Below are positions 57,701 through 64,000 of a stretch of DNA of 64,000 nucleotides, one piece after another. The translations under genes were made by a program, and so were the position numbers. The DNA comes from Eledone cirrhosa. Taxonomy: Eukaryota. Within the stretch, counting starts at the first letter, position 1. The number at the start of each line of letters is the position of its first letter. A model generated the notes under the pieces. The model was not told the DNA's origin. It saw only the letters and a list, made by a program, of their open reading frames with translations, and ran no database searches. The DNA lies in the NCBI GenBank assembly GCA_964016885.1, contig OZ024741.1, forward strand, positions 9,486,001 through 9,550,000. Reading direction: 5' to 3'.

Positions 57701-60700
57701 AACCTAAAGGTTCCACAGTGATGTAATTGAAGGTACCACAGTGTTGAATCTAAAGGTATCAGAGTGTTGAAACTAAAGGTACCAGAGTGATGTAACTAAA
57801 TGTACAACAGTGTTGAAAATAAATGTACCACAATGTTGTAACTAAAGGTACCACAGTGTTACACCTAAAGGTACCATAGTGCTGAAACTAAAGGTATCAG
57901 AATGTTGTAACTAAAGTTACCACAGTGTTGAATTTAAAGATGTCACAGTGTTGAAACTAAAGGTACCACAGTGTTGAAACTAAAGCTGCCACAGTTTTGT
58001 AACTAAAGGTACCACAGTGTTGTAACTAAGTGTAAAATAGTGTTGAAACTAATGGTACCACAGTGTTGTAACTAAAGGTACGACAGTGTTCAAACTAAAG
58101 GTACCACAATGTTGTAACTAAATGTACCACAGTTTTGAAACTAACGCTATCAGAATGTTGAAACTAAAGGTACCACAGTGTTGAAACTAAAGGTATCAGA
58201 GTGTTGAAACTAAAGGTACCACAGTCTTGAAACTAATGGTACCACAGTCTTGAAACTAAAGGTATCAGAGTGTTGAAACTAAAGATACCACGGTGGTGAA
58301 ACTAAAGGTACCACAGTGATGTAACTAAAGGTACAACAGTGTTGTAACTAAAGATACCACAGTGTTGTAATTAAAGTTACCGCAGTGTTGAAACTAAAGG
58401 TACCACAGTGTCGAAACTAAAGATATCACAGTGTTGAAACTAAAGGTACCACAGTGATGTAACTAAAGGTACCACAACGTTGTAACTAAATGTACCAGAG
58501 TGTTCAAACTAAATGTATCATAGTGTTGAAACTAAAGGTACCTCAGTGTTGAAACTAAAGGTACCACAGTGTTGAAACTAAAGGTATCACAGTATTGAAA
58601 CTAAGGGTACCACAGTGTTGAAACTAAAGGTATCACAGTTTTGAAACTAAAGTACCACAGTGTTGAAACTAAAGTACCAGAGTGTTGAAACTAAAGGTAC
58701 CACAGTGTTGAAACTAAAGGTACCACAGTGTTGAAACTAAAGGTATCAGAGTGTTGAAACTAAAGGTACCACAGTGTTGAAACGAAAGGTACCACAGTGT
58801 TGAAACTAAAGGTATCAGAGTGTTGAAACTAAAGGTACCGCAGTGATGTATCTAAATGTACCAGAGTGTTGAAACTAAAGGTATCAGATTGTTGAAACTA
58901 AAGGTACCACAGTGATGTAACTAAAGGTACCACAGTGTTGAAACCAACGGTACCACAGTGTTGTAACTAAAGGTACCACAGCGTTGTAACTAAAGGTACC
59001 ACAGTGTTGAGACTAAAGGTACCACAGTGTTGAAATTAAAGGTACCACAGTGTTGAAACTAAAGGTATCAGAGCGTTGAAACAAAATCTACCACAATGAT
59101 GTGACTAAGTGTACCAGAGTCTTGAAACTAAGGGTAGCACAGTGATGAAACTAAAGGTATCACAGAGTTGAAACTAAAGGTACCACAGTGTTGAAACTAA
59201 AGGTACCACAGTGTTGAAACTAAAGGTACCACAGTGTTGAAACTAAAGGTACCATGGTGTTGTAACTAAAGATACCACAGTGTTGTAATTAAAGGTACCG
59301 CAGTGTTGAAACTAAAGGTACCACAGTGTCGAAACTAAAGGTACGACAGTGTTGAAACTAAAGGTACCACAGTGTTGAAACTAAAGATATCACAGTGTTG
59401 AAACTAAAGGTACCACAGTGATGTAACTGAAGGTACCACAGTGTTGAAACTAAAGTACCAGAGTGTTGAAATTAAATGTACCACAGTGTTGAAACTAAAG
59501 GTACCACAGTGTTGAAACTAAAGGTATCAGAGTGTTGAAACTAAAGGTACCACAGTGTTGAAACTAAAGGTACCACGGTGGTGAACCTAAAGGTTCCACA
59601 GTGATGTAACTGAAGGTACCACAGTGTTGAAACCAACGGTACCACAGTGTTGTAACTAAAGGTACCACAGTGTTGTAACTAAAGGTAATAGAGTGTTGAC
59701 ACTTAAGGTTCCACAGTGTTGAAACTCAAGGTACCACTGTGTTGAAACTAAAGGTACCACAGTGTTGAAATTAAAGGTACCACAGTGTTGAAACTAAATG
59801 TAATAGAGTGTTGTAACTAAAGGTACCACAGTGTTGAAACTAAAGGTATCAGAGCGTTGAAACAAAATCTACCACAATGATGTAACCAAGTGTACCAGAG
59901 TCTTGAAACTAAGGGTAGCACAGTGATGAAACTAAAGGTATCACAGTGTTGAAACTAAAGGTACCACAGTGTTGAAACTAAAGGTACCACAGTGTTGAAA
60001 CTAAAGGTACCACAGTGATCTAACTAAAGGTACCACAGTGTTGAAACTAAAGGTACCATGGTGTTGTAACTAAAGATACCACAGTGTTGTAATTAAAGGT
60101 ACCGCAGTGTTGAAACTAAAGGTACCACAGTGTCGAAACTAAAGGTACGACAGTGTTGAAACTAAAGGTACCACAGTGTTGAAACTAAATGTGCCAGAGT
60201 GTTCAAACTAAATGTATCATAGTGTTGAAACTAAAGGTACCTCAGTGTTGAAACTAAAGGTACCACAGTGTTGAATCTAAAGGTATCACAGTGTTTAAAC
60301 TAAACTACCACAGTGTTGAAACTAAAGCTACCACAGTATTGAAACTAAAGTACCACAGTGTTGAAACTAAAGTACCAGAGTGTTGAAACTAAAGGTACCA
60401 CAGTGTTGAAACTGAAGGTACCACAGTGTTGAAACTAAAGGTATCAGAGTGTTGAAACTAAAGGTACCACAGTGTTGAAACTAAAGGTACCACGGTGGTG
60501 AACCTAAAGGTTCCACAGTGATGTAACTGAAGGTACCACAGTGTTGAATCTAAAGGTATCAGAGTGTTGAAACTAAAGGTACCAGAGTGATGTAACTAAA
60601 CGTACAACAGTGTTGAAAATAAATGTACCACAATGTTGTACCTAAAGGTACCACAGTGTTACACCTAAAGGTACCATAGTGCTGAAACTAAAGGTATCAG

Positions 60701-63700
60701 AATGTTGTAACTAAAGTTACTACAGTGTTGAAATTAAAGATGTCACAGTGTTGAAACTAAAGGTACCACAGTGTTGAAACTAAAGCTGCCACAGTATTGT
60801 AACTAAAGGTACCACAGTGTTGTAACTAAGTGTAAAATAGTGTTGAAACTAATGGTACCACAGTGTTGTAACTAAAGGTACGACAGTGTTCAAACTAAAG
60901 GTACCACAATGTTGTAACTAAATGTACCACAGTTTTGAAACTAACGCTATCAGAATGTTGAAACTAAAGGTACCACAGTGTTGAAACTAAAGGTATCAGA
61001 GTGTTGAAACTAAAGGTACCACAGTCTTGAAACTAATGGTACCACAGTCTTGAAACTAAAGGTATCAGAGTGTTGAAACTAAAGGTACCACGGTGGTGAA
61101 ACTAAAGGTACCACAATGATGTAACTAAAGGTACAACAGTGTTGTAACTAAAGGTACCACAGTGTTGTAACTAAAGGTACCACAGTGTTGTAACTAAAGA
61201 TACCACTGTGTTGAAACTAAAGGTACCACAGTGTTGAAACGAATGATACCACAGTGTTGAAACTAAAGGTACCACAGTGTTGAATCTAAAGGTATCACAG
61301 TGTTGAGACTAAAGGTACCACAGTGCTGAAACTAAAGGTACCACAGTGTTGAAACTAAAGGTACAACGGTGTTGAAACTAAAGGTTTCAGAGCGTTGAAA
61401 CAAAATCTACCACAATGATGTAACTAAGTGTACCAGAGTCTTGAAACTAAGGGTACCACAGTGATGAAACTAAATGTACCAGAGTGTTGTAACTAAAGGT
61501 ACAACAGTGTTGAAATTAAAGGTACCACAGTGTTGAAACTAAAGGTATCACATTGTTGAAACTAAAGGTACCACAGTGTTGAAACTAAAGGTACCACAGT
61601 GTTGAAACTAAAGGTATAACAGTGTTGAAACTAAAGGTACCACAGTGATCTAACTTAAGGTACCAGAGTGTTGAAACTAAAGGTACCATGGTGTTGTAAC
61701 TAAAGATACCACAGTGTTGTAATTAAAGGTACCGCAGTGTTGAAACTAAAGGTACCACAGTGTCGAAACTAAAGGTACGACAGTGTTGAAACTAAAGGTA
61801 CCACAGTGTTGAAACTAAAGATATCACAGTGTTGAAACTAAAGGTACCACAGTGATGTAACTAAAGGTACCACAACGTTGTAACTAAATGTACCAGAGTG
61901 TTCAAACTAAATGTATCATAGTGTTGAAACTAAAGGTACCTCAGTGTTGAAACTAAAGGTATCACAGTGTTTAAACTAAAGCTACCACAGTATTGAAACT
62001 AAAGTACCACAGTGTTGAAACTAAAGGTATCACAGTTTTGAAACTAAAGTACCACAGTGTTGAAACTAAAGTACCAGAGTGTTGAAACTAAAGGTACCAC
62101 AGTGTTGAAACTAAAGGTACCACAGTGTTGAAACTAAAGGTATCAGAGTGTTGAAACTAAAGGTACCACAGTGTTGAAACGAAAGGTACCACAGTGTTGA
62201 AACTAAAGGTACCATGGTGTTGTAACTAAAGATACCACAGTGTTGTAATTAAAGGTACCGCAGTGTTGAAACTAAAGGTACCACAGTTTCGAAACTATAG
62301 GTACGACAGTGTTGAAACTAAAGGTACCACAGTGTTGAAACTAAATGTACCAGAGTGTTCAAACTAAATGTATCATAGTGTTGAAACTAAAGGTACCTCA
62401 GTGTTGAAACTAAAGGTACCACAGTGTTGAAACTAAAGCTACCACAGTATTGAAACTAAAGTACCATAGTGTTGAAACTAAAGGTATCAAAGTTTTGAAA
62501 CTAAAGTACCACAGTGTTGAAACTAAAGTACCAGAGTGTTGAAACTAAAGGTACCACAGTGTTGAAATTAAAGGTACCACAGTGTTGAAACTAAATGTAT
62601 CAGAGTGTTGAAACTAAAGGTACCACAGTGTTGAAACTAAAGGTAGCACGGTGGTGAACCTAAAGGTTCCACAGTGATGTAACTGAAGGTACCACAGTGT
62701 TGAATCTAAAGGTATCAGAGTGTTGAAACTAAAGGTACCAGAGTGATGTAACTAAACGTACAACAGTGTGGAAAATAAATGTACCACAATGTTGTAACTA
62801 AAGGTACCACAGTGTTACACCTAAAGGTACCATAGTGCTGAAACTAAAGGTATCAGAATGTTGTAACTAAAGTTACCACAGTGTTGAAATTAAAGATGTC
62901 ACAGTGTTGAAACTAAAGGTACCACAGTGTTGAAACTAAAGGTGCCACAGTATTGTAACTAAAGGTACCACAGTGTTGTAACTAATTGTACAATAGTGTT
63001 GAAACTAATGGTACCACAGTGTTGTAACTAAAGGTACGACAGTGTTCAAACTAAAGGTACCACAATGTTGTAACTAAATGTACCACAGTTTTGAAACTAA
63101 CGCTATCAGAATGTTGAAACTAAAGGTACCACAGTGTTGAAACTAAAGGTATCAGAGTGTTGAAACTAAAGGTACCACAGTCTTGAAACTAATGGTACCA
63201 CAGTCTTGAAACTAAAGGTATCAGAGTGTTGAAACTAAAGGTACCACGGTGGTGAAACTAAAAGTACCACAGTGATGTAACTAAAGGTACAACAGTGTTG
63301 TAACTAAAGGTACCACAGTGTTGTAACTAAAGGTACCACAGTGTTGTAACTAAAGATACCACAGTGTTGAAACTAAAGGTACCACAGTGTTGAAACGAAT
63401 TATACCACAGTGTTGAAACTAAAGGTACCACAGTGTTGAATCTAAAGGTATCACAGTGTTGAGACTAAAGGTACCACAGTGCTGAAACTAAAGGTACCAC
63501 AGTGTTGAAACTAAAGGTACAACGGTGTTGAAACTAAAGATACCACAGTGTTGTAATTAAAGGTACCGCAGTGTTGAAACTAAAGGTACCACAGTGTCGA
63601 AACTAAAGGTACCACAGTGTTGAAACTAAAGGTATAACAGTGTTGAAACTAAAGGTACCACAGTGATCTAACTAAAGGTACCAGAGTGTTGAAACTAAAG

Positions 63701-64000
63701 GTACCATGGTGTTGTAACTAAAGATACCACAGTGTTGTAATTAAAGGTACCGCAGTGTTGAAACTAAAGGTACCACAGTGTCGAAACTAAAGGTACGACA
63801 GTGTTGAAACTAAAGGTACCACAGTGTTTAAACTAAAGATATCACAGTGTTGAAACTAAAGGTACCACAGTGATGTAACTAAAGGTACCACAACGTTGTA
63901 ACTAAATGTACCAGAGTGTTCAAACTAAATGTATCATAGTGTTGAAACTAAAGGTACCTCAGTGTTGAAACTAAAGGTACCACAGTGTTGAAACTAAAGG
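54742..64000. repeat. Copy 2 of the 9.9-kb duplication; collinear to about 63539, locally rearranged, then continuing to the window end
   Basis: Same markers as copy 1. Collinearity breaks at about 63540 (AGATACC versus GGTATCAGAGCG) and resumes near 63620 against about 53850. Confidence 0.88.

Larger units (their letters stand above)
1..64000. repeat. 23-bp tandem satellite array, consensus GAAACTAAAGGTACCACAGTGTT, about 2,780 copies, running off both window ends
   Basis: The period is read directly (GAAACTAAAG at 1511 and 1534). The same monomer, mostly with 0-3 substitutions, continues from base 1 to 64000. Rare 22-, 24-, 25- and 26-bp monomers occur. Confidence 0.99.

Noticed and set aside
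1-64000. CRISPR array (23-bp repeat length; TTGAAAC resembles the end of many CRISPR repeats)
   Set aside because: Monomers abut directly. There are no unique spacers, leader or cas genes.
1-64000. Giant repetitive protein ORF on the + strand (ETKGTTVLKLKVPQC...)
   Set aside because: 23 is not a multiple of 3. Any frame meets TGA and TAA within each 69-bp consensus trimer.
1-64000. Minus-strand ORF under a TAG-reassigned code (the consensus has only TAG stops: NTVVPLVSTLWYL*FQHCGTFSF)
   Set aside because: Common variants add TGA (from TATCA) and TAA (from ATTAA), 22/24-bp monomers shift frame freely, and no codon-position bias is evident.
1-64000. Telomerase-made repeat like the 23-bp Candida albicans telomere unit
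   Set aside because: No resemblance that I can see, no G-rich strand bias, and far too long. Inherited variant blocks indicate recombinational amplification rather than templated synthesis.
1-64000. Sequencing concatemer or synthetic KpnI-linker artefact
   Set aside because: Variants recur in identical order at kb-scale offsets with nested ages, which random read errors or oligo ligation would not produce.
1-64000. Phased A-tract curvature, or a direct 11/12-bp sub-repeat
   Set aside because: The A-runs are only 3 nt, about 5 bp apart, and 23 bp is off helical phase. The two halves match poorly as direct repeats.
1-64000. Assignment to a named satellite family or organism
   Set aside because: I do not recognise the monomer. 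A BLAST or Dfam search is required.

Overview
The whole 64 kb window is one uninterrupted, head-to-tail tandem satellite array. The monomer is 23 bp, consensus GAAACTAAAGGTACCACAGTGTT (9/23 = 39% GC, one KpnI site GGTACC), at about 2,780 copies (64000/23). All monomers I read are in the same orientation. I found no gene, RNA gene, CRISPR spacer, transposon insertion or unique sequence. The information lies in the substitutions: diagnostic variant monomers recur in fixed order and reveal nested tandem duplications (about 0.25-0.3, 1.68, 2.2-2.8, 3.3, 4.9, 8.6 and 9.9 kb). Other observations are that the monomer is a quasi-palindrome (14/23 identical to its own reverse complement), that several common variants move it toward symmetry, that it carries the RSS/Transib-type heptamer CACAGTG, and that one 26-bp monomer looks like an out-of-register chimera. 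This is most likely eukaryotic heterochromatic (peri/centromeric or subtelomeric) satellite DNA, but organism and location cannot be determined here. I see no supportable protein-coding or CRISPR-type system. All comparisons were made by eye, so block boundaries are approximate to about one monomer.
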